From the IMG/VR virus record IMGVR_UViG_3300037467_002795: 63,177 nt of DNA; one strand, given 5' to 3'. This DNA is from an uncultured virus (IMG/VR IMGVR_UViG_3300037467_002795) (taxonomy: Duplodnaviria > Heunggongvirae > Uroviricota > Caudoviricetes). Position numbers and translations under genes: made by a program. This document shows positions 19,430 to 29,160 of the stretch, piece after piece; positions within the stretch are counted from its first letter, which is position 1; each line of letters opens with the position of its first letter. The notes below the pieces were generated by a model. The model ran no database searches. It was not told the origin of the DNA and worked only from the letters and a program-made list of their open reading frames with translations.

Positions 19430-19895
19430 AGTTTTCTCGCGTTTGGTGCATTACCAGAACAGGCTGAATCGCACCCAAATTAAATCGCCCATTCGGCCCA
19501 CGCATCTTAATAAGGGCGTACCCGCCACGAACCCACAAGCAACGATTTTCATATTCTACAAGTTTATCGTTCGGCCCGGCCCCGAGCGGAACCGGCGGTC
19601 CTCCGGTCCCATCGTACATCATGGCGAAAGCCGTCAACACTCGCATGGCCACCTCGTTCGGGTCGTCTTCGGGGCCGAAGGGGTAAATGGCCGGTAGGCG
19701 GTCATCCAGATACCGAGTCGGGTACGGGTGATGACGGGCGTCGAACTGGAAGGCCTCAAAAAAGCAGTCGTACCCCGCCGGCTTGTAATCGTTGGAACAA
19801 CAATCACTGTGAATGCGACACTGGCACCGCCAGCCTTCTTCCGGCAGAAGAGGGGCATCATGAAATAGCTCAATTGGCTTCATTTTCAGGTCCAC
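19407..19895 (-). CDS. Hypothetical protein
   Basis: Operon ORF. Confidence 0.5.
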   Translation of the reverse strand: MDLKMKPIELFHDAPLLPEEGWRCQCRIHSDCCSNDYKPAGYDCFFEAFQFDARHHPYPTRYLDDRLPAIYPFGPEDDPNEVAMRVLTAFAMMYDGTGGPPVPLGAGPNDKLVEYENRCLWVRGGYALIKMRGPNGRFNLGAIQPVLVMHQTRENYESPNPG

Positions 19896-19912
19896 CCAAC
19901 TCTTTCACGACT

Positions 19913-20779
19913 TCAGTCACTGGAATCTTCTCTAGATATTACCTCTGCATCGCCGAGCCCAACCGTGTCCGGGGTCAAAATAGGCCTATCATAACTTTGG
20001 TCTCCATACTGATGATGTGCCGAAAGGCGGTTGAGTTCGCCCGCCGTGGCCCGTCGCATGAGCTCGATATAACGGTCCCCTTCCTGCCGGACATTTTCTT
20101 CTTGGAGCGACCTCAAGAGACCGAGAAAGTCCATTTTTCCGCTTTCAATCCGGTCGACCCGTTGTTGACGAGTGGCTTTCAGAGCCTCCATCAACTTTTG
20201 GTGCTTCTCTTCGAGTTTCACATATTCGGCGGTCAAGTCCGCTTGCAGCCCATTGGCCTTATCGAGCAGTTCGTCTATCAACTGAAGCTTACGAATGTCG
20301 TCATCGCTATCGGGCAGATTGAACTTTTGGAGCTTCAATAGCTGTTCGCGTGTGACCTCGAGCCGCTCGATTTCTCGCCCGACCCGCCGCTGTTTGACCG
20401 CGTTCCGGTGCTTGAGCAGGTCCAATTTGATGACCTTGAAGACCTGGTTTTCTTCGGTCGGGAGGACCTTGTCCTCGCTAAACTGGTCCATGAGCGCGAC
20501 GTACTGTTCTTCGAAATACAACAGCTCGTCCTTTTCGAACTCGGCGACCAGCTGTTTCCAGGCCGCACTCTGCTTGAGCCCGAGCCGGATGCTCGACTGG
20601 GTTTCGGGTTCGGGCGGCCGAGGGGTCGCCGGCTTGGCGCTCATCGCCTTGAGGACGACGTTGACGGACCGGTTGAGCTTGCCCGCGATGTCCTGCGGGG
20701 TCATCCGGCCGGCGTTCGCCTCGATGAAGGCGACCTCGGCGTTGCTTAAGCGTCCGCTTTTGGTGGGTTGCTTGGGCAC
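19913..20779 (-). CDS. HTH plus coiled-coil protein of unknown function
   Basis: N-terminal MTPQDIAGKLNRSVNVV HTH-like segment and a long heptad region. Confidence 0.6.
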   Translation of the reverse strand: MPKQPTKSGRLSNAEVAFIEANAGRMTPQDIAGKLNRSVNVVLKAMSAKPATPRPPEPETQSSIRLGLKQSAAWKQLVAEFEKDELLYFEEQYVALMDQFSEDKVLPTEENQVFKVIKLDLLKHRNAVKQRRVGREIERLEVTREQLLKLQKFNLPDSDDDIRKLQLIDELLDKANGLQADLTAEYVKLEEKHQKLMEALKATRQQRVDRIESGKMDFLGLLRSLQEENVRQEGDRYIELMRRATAGELNRLSAHHQYGDQSYDRPILTPDTVGLGDAEVISREDSSD

Positions 20780-21357
20780 GCGATGACTCTCACAGCGGCT
20801 TCGACCTTTTTCCGGCGACTGGTCGGCAGCCGCTCACCGGCCAACATTCGCAAATAATCCGAGCGAAGCGTGGGGTCGAGTTCCCGGTCGATTCTGCTAC
20901 GCAGTTCGTCGAACGAGGCCAGTTCGGCGGCCCTATCATCGGCCTTGAGCCCGCTCTCGCGGTCGTCGGCAATCCCGTCCAGTGAAAGCGGCCGGGTCAG
21001 GTTGGCCTTGGTCGCGTTCCGCTTCTTCCAGGCCAGGTACTTGCGGCAGACCTTGCGGTCCGCGTGCTCGCTTTCGCGACCCTGGTGGCACAAGTTACAC
21101 GGCGGGTCGGTCCGCCTATAATTGTCACGCTTGAAGTTAATGAGCCGGCGAACGGCGTGTGTGTACAGATACTTTTCGAGCGGCCGGGATGGGTCGTACT
21201 TGCCCTTGGCAAGCAGTTCTAAGCAGAACACTCGTGTTTCCTGCCGGACGTCCTCGGCCTCCAGGTATCCAAACACGAACTTGTCGGACGCCTGGTTAAC
21301 AACCTTCTCGATGGCCTCGAGGACACTTGCCTCGGTGTGGCCGGGCGGAATTTCCAT
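20746..21357 (-). CDS. Sigma-70-like factor (putative late sigma) with Cys insert
   Basis: AEDVRQE..YDPSRPLEKYLYTHAVRRLINFKR region-2-like; PLSLD; lies at the head of the structural operon. Confidence 0.65.
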   Translation of the reverse strand: MEIPPGHTEASVLEAIEKVVNQASDKFVFGYLEAEDVRQETRVFCLELLAKGKYDPSRPLEKYLYTHAVRRLINFKRDNYRRTDPPCNLCHQGRESEHADRKVCRKYLAWKKRNATKANLTRPLSLDGIADDRESGLKADDRAAELASFDELRSRIDRELDPTLRSDYLRMLAGERLPTSRRKKVEAAVRVIACPSNPPKADA

Positions 21358-21533
21358 CACTCGCTTTGCTCGTGTTTCACGGTTCTGTCCTTTCCGCTGG
21401 CCCAGTCGATGCCGTACAGGCGTCGGCCGTGTGCCCTCAAAATCTGTTCGGAGTCTGACGACTCCGGGTCCGGCAGGGAAAGTTCTGCCTGGGCCCGCTC
21501 TTCGTCTTCGTCCACTGTATATTTGGGATTCAT
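21357..21533 (-). CDS. Small acidic hypothetical protein
   Basis: GAGGAGG RBS before MNPKYTVDED. Confidence 0.55.
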   Translation of the reverse strand: MNPKYTVDEDEERAQAELSLPDPESSDSEQILRAHGRRLYGIDWASGKDRTVKHEQSE

Positions 21534-22277
21534 AATTCCTCCTCTTTGTAATACACACATAAAACGCACGGCTTTTAGTGTTGCCGCACAACGAGTTGCG
21601 GACGGAGCCTTAATAGGGGGGTTTGCTTGGTTCACTTCGTTCACGGGCAAGGCTGGGGATTTTTTTGGACTCATTGTGGCGAGGGGGCCGGTGGCTGTGA
21701 AATCTAGTGGTGGTAGAAAAGGGGCGGCGTCGTTCCTACACTGATAAGAATGTCAACGGTGGATTTTGCTGCTCCCTGTTGTTTCTCGATGCCCTCGCCC
21801 GCCCCACCCCTCCCGCCTGGTCCCCCTCCCCCTCAAACAACTCCCCCGGTGGGCCTCCCCCCTACATCCGGTTGAGCCGACCGGGCGTTCCGGACGGCCG
21901 GAGGGTACATCCCGTGCGGGAGGGTAGGCGTATGGGAAGCTCGATTCTACTGGTCACGCTCGCCGGGCTCATCCTGGCTCACGGTGCGGTGCAAGCCTGC
22001 CGGGGCAAGCGGTTCTCCCCCTCGCGATGCCGGTGGGAGTAACGGCCGGTCTGTCGGGACGTGCGACGGGGCATTGCCCCTACATGGGTCCGTCGGACCC
22101 TACATAGATGCGGGCGGGAGCTGGTATCCCGCCGTCCGCCGGTGAGCGTTCTCTGCATTGGCAGAGGACTGCCCGGGGGGTTGCTCCCGCGAGCTGCGGG
22201 CCGCACATTGCGGCCCGGGTTTTTGCGGGTAGCGGACGGCGGGCCGTTTCGACGGCCCGCCCGATGGAGATTCTCAC

Positions 22278-22715
22278 ATGGCGAACTACGCGATTGCGGA
22301 CATGGCGTTCACGGGGCCGGAAGTGTCGGTGACGCTGCGGCACAAGGGGTCCGACGGGAAGGTGCGAAGCCACCAGCTCCCGGCCGGGGTGATTCCGGCG
22401 GAAGACACGTTGGCCGCGTTCGCCGATGCCGCGGCCGAACACGGGACGGCCCGTAGCACGCGGACGGTCCAGCTCGACACCGATAACCAGGTCAACCGCC
22501 GGGGCAAGTTGGCGAAGGGGGAAGAGCTCCGGCAACGCATCCTGGCATTGGGCAAGAACTACGTTCCCCCGGCCCCAGCCGTTCCGCCGGCCCCGGTGGT
22601 GAACGAGACTCCGGCCCCGGTGGTTCCCCCGACCGCGGACAGCCCGCCGGAGAACGAGACGGGCGAAAGCCGGGCACGCAACCGGGCCCGCAAGGCGAGC
22701 AACGCGACGACGTGA
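22278..22715 (+). CDS. Hypothetical protein
   Basis: GGAG RBS; first clear gene of the plus-strand array. Confidence 0.65.
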   Translation: MANYAIADMAFTGPEVSVTLRHKGSDGKVRSHQLPAGVIPAEDTLAAFADAAAEHGTARSTRTVQLDTDNQVNRRGKLAKGEELRQRILALGKNYVPPAPAVPPAPVVNETPAPVVPPTADSPPENETGESRARNRARKASNATT

Positions 22716-22816
22716 GACCGGCCGTCCCTACTGCCCCCGGACCGAACGGGGGCTATGGGGAATGCCGGTTGGCAACGTGCCAGCGGTCCGAACCAGGTTT
22801 CCACGGGGTAACGGCC

Positions 22817-23056
22817 ATGTCCGGTTACTTGTTCGTCGTCACGTGCCGCAATGTGGCTCTCGGCATCTTCGCCACGATGGACGATGCCAAGCGGTCGATT
22901 TCGCTGACACACCAGGACTCGACCGGCCCGACGATGACGCGAACCGGCCCGAGCGGGTGTTTCGCATCCGTGCAACAGACGAACGGGAACGAGACGTTTG
23001 ACTACAGTATCGTGGCGGTGAAGCCGTCGGACAAAGCGGGTAAGCTATTTTCCTGA
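22817..23056 (+). CDS. Hypothetical protein
   Basis: Small ORF in the array. Confidence 0.5.
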   Translation: MSGYLFVVTCRNVALGIFATMDDAKRSISLTHQDSTGPTMTRTGPSGCFASVQQTNGNETFDYSIVAVKPSDKAGKLFS

Positions 23057-23080
23057 ACACGGCCCGAACCGGAGAACGCG

Positions 23081-23929
23081 ATGCAACGCCAGTGGACGGA
23101 ACACGAGCTAGCACGTGCCGAACGCGAGCGGATGGAGATAACCGGCCGCAAGGCACCGGTGAAGCGTCAGCACACGTCCCGTTCGGCCCGGCCGCGAGCC
23201 GTCGACAAGCCCATTTACACGGTCCCGGATGAAGAGTCGGGCGGGGATTTCGTTCACCGCCCGAAGCGTCTGGGGCCGGACCGGGTCGGAACCGGTCGCC
23301 TGGTTACGATTCGCCCGGAATATCGGACGTCCGCAAAACGCCGTTCGTTTTTCCAGACGGTAGAGAAAATCGGGCTCGATTACGCGGTTATCGAATCAGC
23401 CGGGCATGACGACTACCACAACGGGGAAACCGGCGAGCAACGGGAATGGGCCGTTCTCGTTCCGGCCGTGATTCTTGTTCAGGGAGCAATCGAGAAAATC
23501 GAACGTCTCGCCCGACATCCGGCGGTTGCGTCCGTGACTCATGTGATGTCCGTGCGGGTCGGGATGCGGGCAAGCGGGTCGGGGGAGCTGTCCGCCCGCC
23601 ACAAGCGGGAATTTCGGCCGATGCCGCGGGCCGAACGGGAATCCCTTCCGCTACGGGCGGAGAACGACCGGGCATTAGCCCGGCAAGAAACCCGAGACGT
23701 GAAGCGGGCGAGTGAGGAAGCGGCCCGGTCACCCCAGACCGGCGGGCGGGCGAAAACGGCCGGACAACTAGCCTATCAGCAATGGGCGGAAGACGGCCCG
23801 GCCGACGACATCGAATCCCGGGAACGGGACACGATGGAACTCGTGTCTCTCCAGAAACTCGGGTACGACAACCTCACCCCGGAGCAATGGGCGAGAGCGG
23901 CCCAGTTACTCGCCCGGTTGGGGCTGTAA
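23081..23929 (+). CDS. Hypothetical protein
   Basis: GGAG RBS; followed by a terminator. Confidence 0.65.
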   Translation: MQRQWTEHELARAERERMEITGRKAPVKRQHTSRSARPRAVDKPIYTVPDEESGGDFVHRPKRLGPDRVGTGRLVTIRPEYRTSAKRRSFFQTVEKIGLDYAVIESAGHDDYHNGETGEQREWAVLVPAVILVQGAIEKIERLARHPAVASVTHVMSVRVGMRASGSGELSARHKREFRPMPRAERESLPLRAENDRALARQETRDVKRASEEAARSPQTGGRAKTAGQLAYQQWAEDGPADDIESRERDTMELVSLQKLGYDNLTPEQWARAAQLLARLGL

Positions 23930-23955
23930 CTCAAAGGACAACACGAACAGCGACA

Positions 23956-23983
23956 GCCCCCGGGAAACCCCGGGGGCTTTTTT
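23956..23983 (+). terminator. Intrinsic terminator
   Basis: GCCCCCGGG/CCCGGGGGC stem plus T6. Confidence 0.85.
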
Positions 23984-24302
23984 CGTTTGGTAAAGCGGAC
24001 AAACATATCCAGATATCCGAAACGGAGCTACCATGTCGCAACTGTACGTGGCGGTCGGGGCGTGCGTGACGGCCGTGTGCCTGTGGTGGGTGTGGTCGGC
24101 GGGCCCGCGGAGCTATTAGACCGCGAGCTGTCGGGAACTATTGCTGACCTGTCGGTCAGTGGTGAAATCCAAGCGAACCGCGGGAGGGAGGGGGGAGGCC
24201 GCGATTTTGTCGCGAAAATCCCTATGGTGTTTTTACAGCGTATCCACTAGTGTAGTTTTCGAAGCGTATCCGAGTTCGAGACGCAGTCTCGTGGGGGATG
24301 CC

Positions 24303-24653
24303 ATGTCCACTGTCGCGATGAGCAAGTACCGGGAGATGACCGGTGTCCTGAAGGAGCTGGTCCGGGACGCGGTCGGCACGTCCGACCCGATTTCGCTCCT
24401 GGAGGTGGTGGCCGCTCTCGACCGTCGGTTCACCGACGCGACCAAGACGCACGGGTACGTGTGGTTCGAGTTGGCCTACCAGGGTCAGTCATTCTTGGTC
24501 GACGGCGTCAGCCGGAGCTGGGACGTTCGCATCGGGGAATACGCTTACTTGGAAGAACACCCGCGATTCCGGTCGGTCGTCGAACGGTCCAGTCGACTCA
24601 CCTCGGTTGAACTGGTGCTGCTGTTCAAGAAGGTGGTCCGGGTGCTGGGGTAG
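24303..24653 (+). CDS. Hypothetical protein
   Basis: High GC3 ORF. Confidence 0.55.
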   Translation: MSTVAMSKYREMTGVLKELVRDAVGTSDPISLLEVVAALDRRFTDATKTHGYVWFELAYQGQSFLVDGVSRSWDVRIGEYAYLEEHPRFRSVVERSSRLTSVELVLLFKKVVRVLG

Positions 24654-24683
24654 GTCGGAAGTTGTCGGTGGTCGCGAGGTCAT

Positions 24684-24725
24684 TTCCGGCAGGAGAGGAA
24701 GGGTGTGTTCTCTTCCCTGCCGGAA
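24684..24725. repeat. Compact inverted pair of motif A
   Basis: TTCCGGCAGGAGAGGAA...TTCTCTTCCCTGCCGGAA. Confidence 0.85.
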
Positions 24726-24746
24726 GTCCCACCAGAGGGTAAATCC

Positions 24747-25055
24747 GTGAATCAGCACGCAGCACTACAAGAGGCCCTGATTGCTCTGGACATGGTGTTG
24801 ACGGGCGTGTCGCGGGCCGGGGCCGAACAGATGATGCGGTCGAACGCCCGGGACACCCGGCGGTTGGTCGTCGGCGGGGCTTACTACCTGTCCGACGGCG
24901 GGTACAGCCGAATCGTGTTCTTCGACGGCTCCCGCACGGTCAGGTTGACGTGGAACAGCACGGACGCCGTGAAGGCGAGGTGGGCGGAATGCCCCGCGGA
25001 GGTTCAACAGGTACAGGCCGAAGTTTTGAAGGTGTTCGATAGCGGCGAATGGTAA
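24747..25055 (+). CDS. Hypothetical protein
   Basis: GTG start after GAGG. Confidence 0.55.
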   Translation: MNQHAALQEALIALDMVLTGVSRAGAEQMMRSNARDTRRLVVGGAYYLSDGGYSRIVFFDGSRTVRLTWNSTDAVKARWAECPAEVQQVQAEVLKVFDSGEW

Positions 25056-25083
25056 ATCTGGTCACCAAAACGGGAGGCCTCTT

Positions 25084-25284
25084 GTGTCTGTTGACGAAGC
25101 GTTCAAGGCAGGTCTGGCGTCGGTCAGGGAATCGGGCGTGAGGGTCGACACGAAGGACATTGCCGTCCTGGCCACATGGAGCGTGTTCGAGAAACGAGCC
25201 CGGAAGGTCGAATTCGACCCGCGGTTCGAGGCGGACGGGCCGCGGTACGCCCGGCTGCTCATCCTGCAAGCTCTGATGGCGTGA
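25084..25284 (+). CDS. Hypothetical protein
   Basis: GGAGG RBS. Confidence 0.55.
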   Translation: MSVDEAFKAGLASVRESGVRVDTKDIAVLATWSVFEKRARKVEFDPRFEADGPRYARLLILQALMA

Positions 25285-25612
25285 CTGTTTTTCCAACTGA
25301 CATTCTCGGAGCGACTCACATGGTGTCCATTTGGTTGCTCGGAACGGTCATCCCGGTCAGTCTCGGTCGACACTCGTACATGGAAGCGGTCGAATACCTC
25401 CGGCGGTTCCGGGACACGGAACAGGTCCAGTTCTTCGGTGACGAATACCACCCGTTGTTTACCGGGAACCTGGCCGAGTCGTTCGAGTGGCTGAGCACCC
25501 AGACCGCTCGGCTCATCGAGCGCGGGCTTCGACCGGTTGGGATGGTGTAGCTGGAATTCCGGCAGGGAAGTGAGGCAGTGTCGTTTTACCAAGTATTACC
25601 TGGAGTCTCACC

Positions 25613-25816
25613 GTGAACGAGTACCGCAAGCTGGTGACCAAGTGGGACCTGATGCAGGTTTTGTTCGGGAAAGGAACCGCTTACATCGTGGTCGGCGACA
25701 TCCAAGGCATCTTGGCGACCATTGAGAGGGAGAGCGGCGACGGGAGGCATTTCCTGCTGACGGTCAACACCGAGTGCGGTGGTCTTCAGGAGGTGTACTG
25801 GAAATCGGCCGACTGA
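25613..25816 (+). CDS. Hypothetical protein
   Basis: GGAG RBS. Confidence 0.55.
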   Translation: MNEYRKLVTKWDLMQVLFGKGTAYIVVGDIQGILATIERESGDGRHFLLTVNTECGGLQEVYWKSAD

Positions 25817-25849
25817 GCAGTTTTACTAAATATAACCAAGGAGCCCACC

Positions 25850-26284
25850 ATGCACACCCAGACCAGAACCCACATCCGGTGGATGATTCAGCGGGACATG
25901 CCGGACATCCTCAGTACCGAATCCTACCTGGCCGAGCCGTGGTCGGAGAACGCCATCCTCGGCCGGCTCCGCCACCGCCACTGCATCGGGCTCGTCGTCG
26001 AGGCGGGCGACCGGGTGGTGGGGCACGCGATTTACGAGCTCCACAAGCGGAAGTTAGTTCTGACCCGGATGGCGGTCCACCCCATCCACCGTCGGTGCGG
26101 GGTCGGCCGAGCCCTGATGACCAAACTCCTGAACAAGCTCGGCACCCACCGCCGCCCATTCCTGGTGGTGAAGGTCGATGAGCGAGACCTGCTCACGACC
26201 TGCCAGTTCCTCAAACAGTTCAACCCCGCCAGGGTCGGCCTGGCTGACGGTCGGGTCCGGTTCGTGTTCCGGGCGGATGTCTAG
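25850..26284 (+). CDS. GNAT acetyltransferase, RimI-like
   Basis: HIRWMIQRDMP..PWSE..CIGLV..VVG..IYELHK..AVHP..RRCGVG acetyl-CoA-binding motif. Confidence 0.8.
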   Translation: MHTQTRTHIRWMIQRDMPDILSTESYLAEPWSENAILGRLRHRHCIGLVVEAGDRVVGHAIYELHKRKLVLTRMAVHPIHRRCGVGRALMTKLLNKLGTHRRPFLVVKVDERDLLTTCQFLKQFNPARVGLADGRVRFVFRADV

Positions 26285-26355
26285 CCCGGTTGTTATACGC
26301 ACCACCGGTTCCAAGTTGCCGAGAAGCCGAAATCTAACACGCGAGGTACGAGCAC

Positions 26356-26598
26356 ATGAACATCACCACCCGAAACCGGGTCCGGGCCGAGGCCATGACC
26401 GCGGTCGCCCGCGACCTGGGCCGGTTCGCCTGTCCCTACCCGCCAGGGTCGTTCGAAGAGACCACCTGGCTACAAGCCTACGCCGAATACGAACAGGTCA
26501 TCGACCGGGAGCGGCTGGACTGGGCGTGGAGTGAGGAAGAGAACAGCTCAAAAGACGAGGAAGTCGCGTTGTCGAGAGTCGTCGGCAGATGGAGGTAA
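26356..26598 (+). CDS. Hypothetical protein
   Basis: GAGG RBS. Confidence 0.5.
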   Translation: MNITTRNRVRAEAMTAVARDLGRFACPYPPGSFEETTWLQAYAEYEQVIDRERLDWAWSEEENSSKDEEVALSRVVGRWR

Positions 26599-26600
26599 TT

Positions 26601-26825
26601 ATGAACCGAACACCACAAAAAGGCGATACGGTCCGTCTCCTCACGAAACCGTCCGGGTATACCACGTCGAGCTACCCGCTCACGGTCGGCAAGGAATATT
26701 TGGTCGTCGACCTGATGGGGTCCTGCGTCGTCACCACCTGCGATGACCCGGATTGGTTTCCGCTCCCGTCGTACTGGCGGGGATGGGTCGAAGTGGTCAA
26801 CTATGACTCTCCTGCCGGAAAGTAA
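26601..26825 (+). CDS. Hypothetical protein
   Basis: GGAGG RBS; the C-terminus SPAGK is encoded by motif A. Confidence 0.55.
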   Translation: MNRTPQKGDTVRLLTKPSGYTTSSYPLTVGKEYLVVDLMGSCVVTTCDDPDWFPLPSYWRGWVEVVNYDSPAGK

Positions 26826-26837
26826 ACAAGGAGTTTT

Positions 26838-27101
26838 ATGTACACCCTGGACCTGACGCCCGACGAACTCGCCGCCTTCCAGTGGGTCGGCCACCGCTAC
26901 AATGCCGGCCCCGTCATGAAATTGCTTGAGCAGTGCGAAGTGGTCCCGGCCGAGACCCGCCCGCCGGCCATTCGCTACAGTGTGCCCGAACATGTGGCCT
27001 GGCGAATCTGCGAACTACGCGACGAAGAGCACGGGTCCTGGCCCTGTTTTGATGCCTACCTGCGGCAGAAGCTGAATCGGTTTTGCGACGGGGTGGTCTG
27101 A
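26838..27101 (+). CDS. Hypothetical protein
   Basis: AAGGAG RBS. Confidence 0.6.
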   Translation: MYTLDLTPDELAAFQWVGHRYNAGPVMKLLEQCEVVPAETRPPAIRYSVPEHVAWRICELRDEEHGSWPCFDAYLRQKLNRFCDGVV

Positions 27102-27369
27102 GCCCCACCCCGGCTGTCGCCCATAATAGCATCCCGGAGAACCCATGTTCGGCGTCGTCTACACGAACCACCAGGGAGTGAGGAAATACTTCATGGGGTT
27201 CGACCTCGAATCCGCCTACGCCCACGCCCGGTTTTGTGAGGCGGTGGGCATGAAAGATGTGGTCGTGACCGTCCTTTGAAGGCTTTTTCCGGCAGGAGAG
27301 GGGAACAGTCCCGACCCTCCCCCGCCCCACCCACTAACCCACCTGCGCGAGCGTGAGCTGGAGGCGAAC

Positions 27370-27621
27370 ATGGACGAGACTCAAGCACCCGACCCCGTGA
27401 GAGTCAGCGACCTACTCAAACAGGCCCGGCGTATTGCCGCCGACGCCCCGAACCGCACCTGGGCCGAAGCCTGCTGGGCCTACGGGGTGCTCGACCGACA
27501 CAAGGGCAAGAGCGGCGAACGGTACGTACTGGGAGCCAACCGGGCCAGCTACGAACAAGGCCGGAGCGACCTGGAGGCCGCTCTGGCTAACGAGGCCAAA
27601 ACCCCTTCAGTGTCTAGTTAA
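27370..27621 (+). CDS. Hypothetical protein
   Basis: GGAGG RBS. Confidence 0.55.
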   Translation: MDETQAPDPVRVSDLLKQARRIAADAPNRTWAEACWAYGVLDRHKGKSGERYVLGANRASYEQGRSDLEAALANEAKTPSVSS

Positions 27622-27825
27622 ACAGACACTTTTGTTGATTTCAATGGTCCCGAGTTGATTCCCCCCTAGGTCAAAAACCCGCATCGACTGGTTTTTAACT
27701 ATACATAAATATACATTAGCCACCGTTAGCAAGCACAACAACACCAGAAACGTTCGCCCGATGAAGTCCAAAAATGGGTTTTTATAAGTCCTTGCCCCAC
27801 AAGGACATAATGGAGGTTTGTCAAA

Positions 27826-28083
27826 ATGCCGGAAGTCCGGACCATCAAAACCGTACGACTCAGCCGGGTCATCTCCAAGGACCCCGATGAGTTCGCCGAC
27901 CTCGTCAACACCCACGGGAAGCTCGAAGAGGGCCCCAACAACGCCTTCACCTTCTCCCCGAACGGCCGCACCGACTGGGTCGAAATGACCGCGACCAGTG
28001 TCGATAGCTACAGCGGGCATGTCGCCGTAAGTACCGACCGTGACAATGTTTTCGTGTTTCGCGTGGCGGGCACGGAGGGGTGA
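27826..28083 (+). CDS. Hypothetical protein
   Basis: GGAGG RBS. Confidence 0.55.
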   Translation: MPEVRTIKTVRLSRVISKDPDEFADLVNTHGKLEEGPNNAFTFSPNGRTDWVEMTATSVDSYSGHVAVSTDRDNVFVFRVAGTEG

Positions 28084-28576
28084 AAAGTCGGGGGGGGAGG
28101 GGGGTGTTTGGGGCGGGGAGCGGCAATTGACTAATAGTTGTTAGAAAGAATGGACTTGGCGCGACATCAGGATATGCAAGAGCCCTAAGAGAGTCTGGAG
28201 AGTGAGTGTGGTGCTCTAGGTACTTCTACTGGTTGTAGTAGGGGTATGGAGCTAAAGAGTATCTAAAATAACTGGCGATAGCCAAAGGAGTTAGGGAGAA
28301 AAGGGGATGGAGCTCAACCGAGGTCCAAATGAGTGTGAAAGGGGCTATTGGGAGTTCTGAGGGTGTCCTGGAAGGGATTGGTTGAATCACAATCAAGGGG
28401 AATATCTGTGACTTCCCTGCCGGATAGATTCGTCGGGAATTCCGGGAGGATGCCGGAGATTCGGCAGAGTTTGATTGTTTAAATAGTGTCCGGCGAGACA
28501 CAGGTCTTTTCCGGCAGGAGAGTTGGGGCCTGTGGAATCTGTCAATAGGGGGGATTGGAAGTTAGGGGCAATAACA

Positions 28577-28801
28577 ATGAAAGACAAATTCATTCTCTGC
28601 TCAGGAACGGTGCAACCCTACGTCTTCCGAGAACAACCGTGGTTTATGCGACACTTTGGCTGTGCAGTCTACGACAGAGATAAACCCGTTCTGTCCGAAG
28701 GGAGGCGGGCAAGAGCGCAACCCATCATTGACCGGATGAATGCGGGAGAACTCACGCCCGAGCAAGGAATGGAATTACTCAACGAACACGCTTTTTGGTA
28801 G
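28577..28801 (+). CDS. Hypothetical protein
   Basis: Small ORF downstream of motif B. Confidence 0.5.
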   Translation: MKDKFILCSGTVQPYVFREQPWFMRHFGCAVYDRDKPVLSEGRRARAQPIIDRMNAGELTPEQGMELLNEHAFW

Positions 28802-28830
28802 CCACGAGCCAACAAGGGGGATTGGAAGCC

Positions 28831-29160
28831 ATGACCACAAACAAAACATGCATCAAGTGCAAAGTGGCCAACTCACCCCATGCGGTCTGCGACGAGTGCG
28901 TTAAGAAATACGCCGCAATCAAACTCAGCCCCCAAGGGGTAGCCGCCGTTCAGGCCGCGATGAAGGCCAACCCCGATGTTTCTTCATGGTACTTGTTCCA
29001 CGATGGGCGAGTCATTCTAGAGCAAGAGTATCAACAACAAATGACAAGCAGGACTGCCCAGCTGGTGGCAATCAGCCGAGACGGGTTTCCGATTCTGGTC
29101 AACCGACGATTCATGAACATTATGCACCTCCCAGCCGCAACCACGGAAGACACGACATGA
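28831..29160 (+). CDS. Hypothetical CxxC protein
   Basis: CIKC..CDEC; start preceded by a motif B variant. Confidence 0.5.
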   Translation: MTTNKTCIKCKVANSPHAVCDECVKKYAAIKLSPQGVAAVQAAMKANPDVSSWYLFHDGRVILEQEYQQQMTSRTAQLVAISRDGFPILVNRRFMNIMHLPAATTEDTT

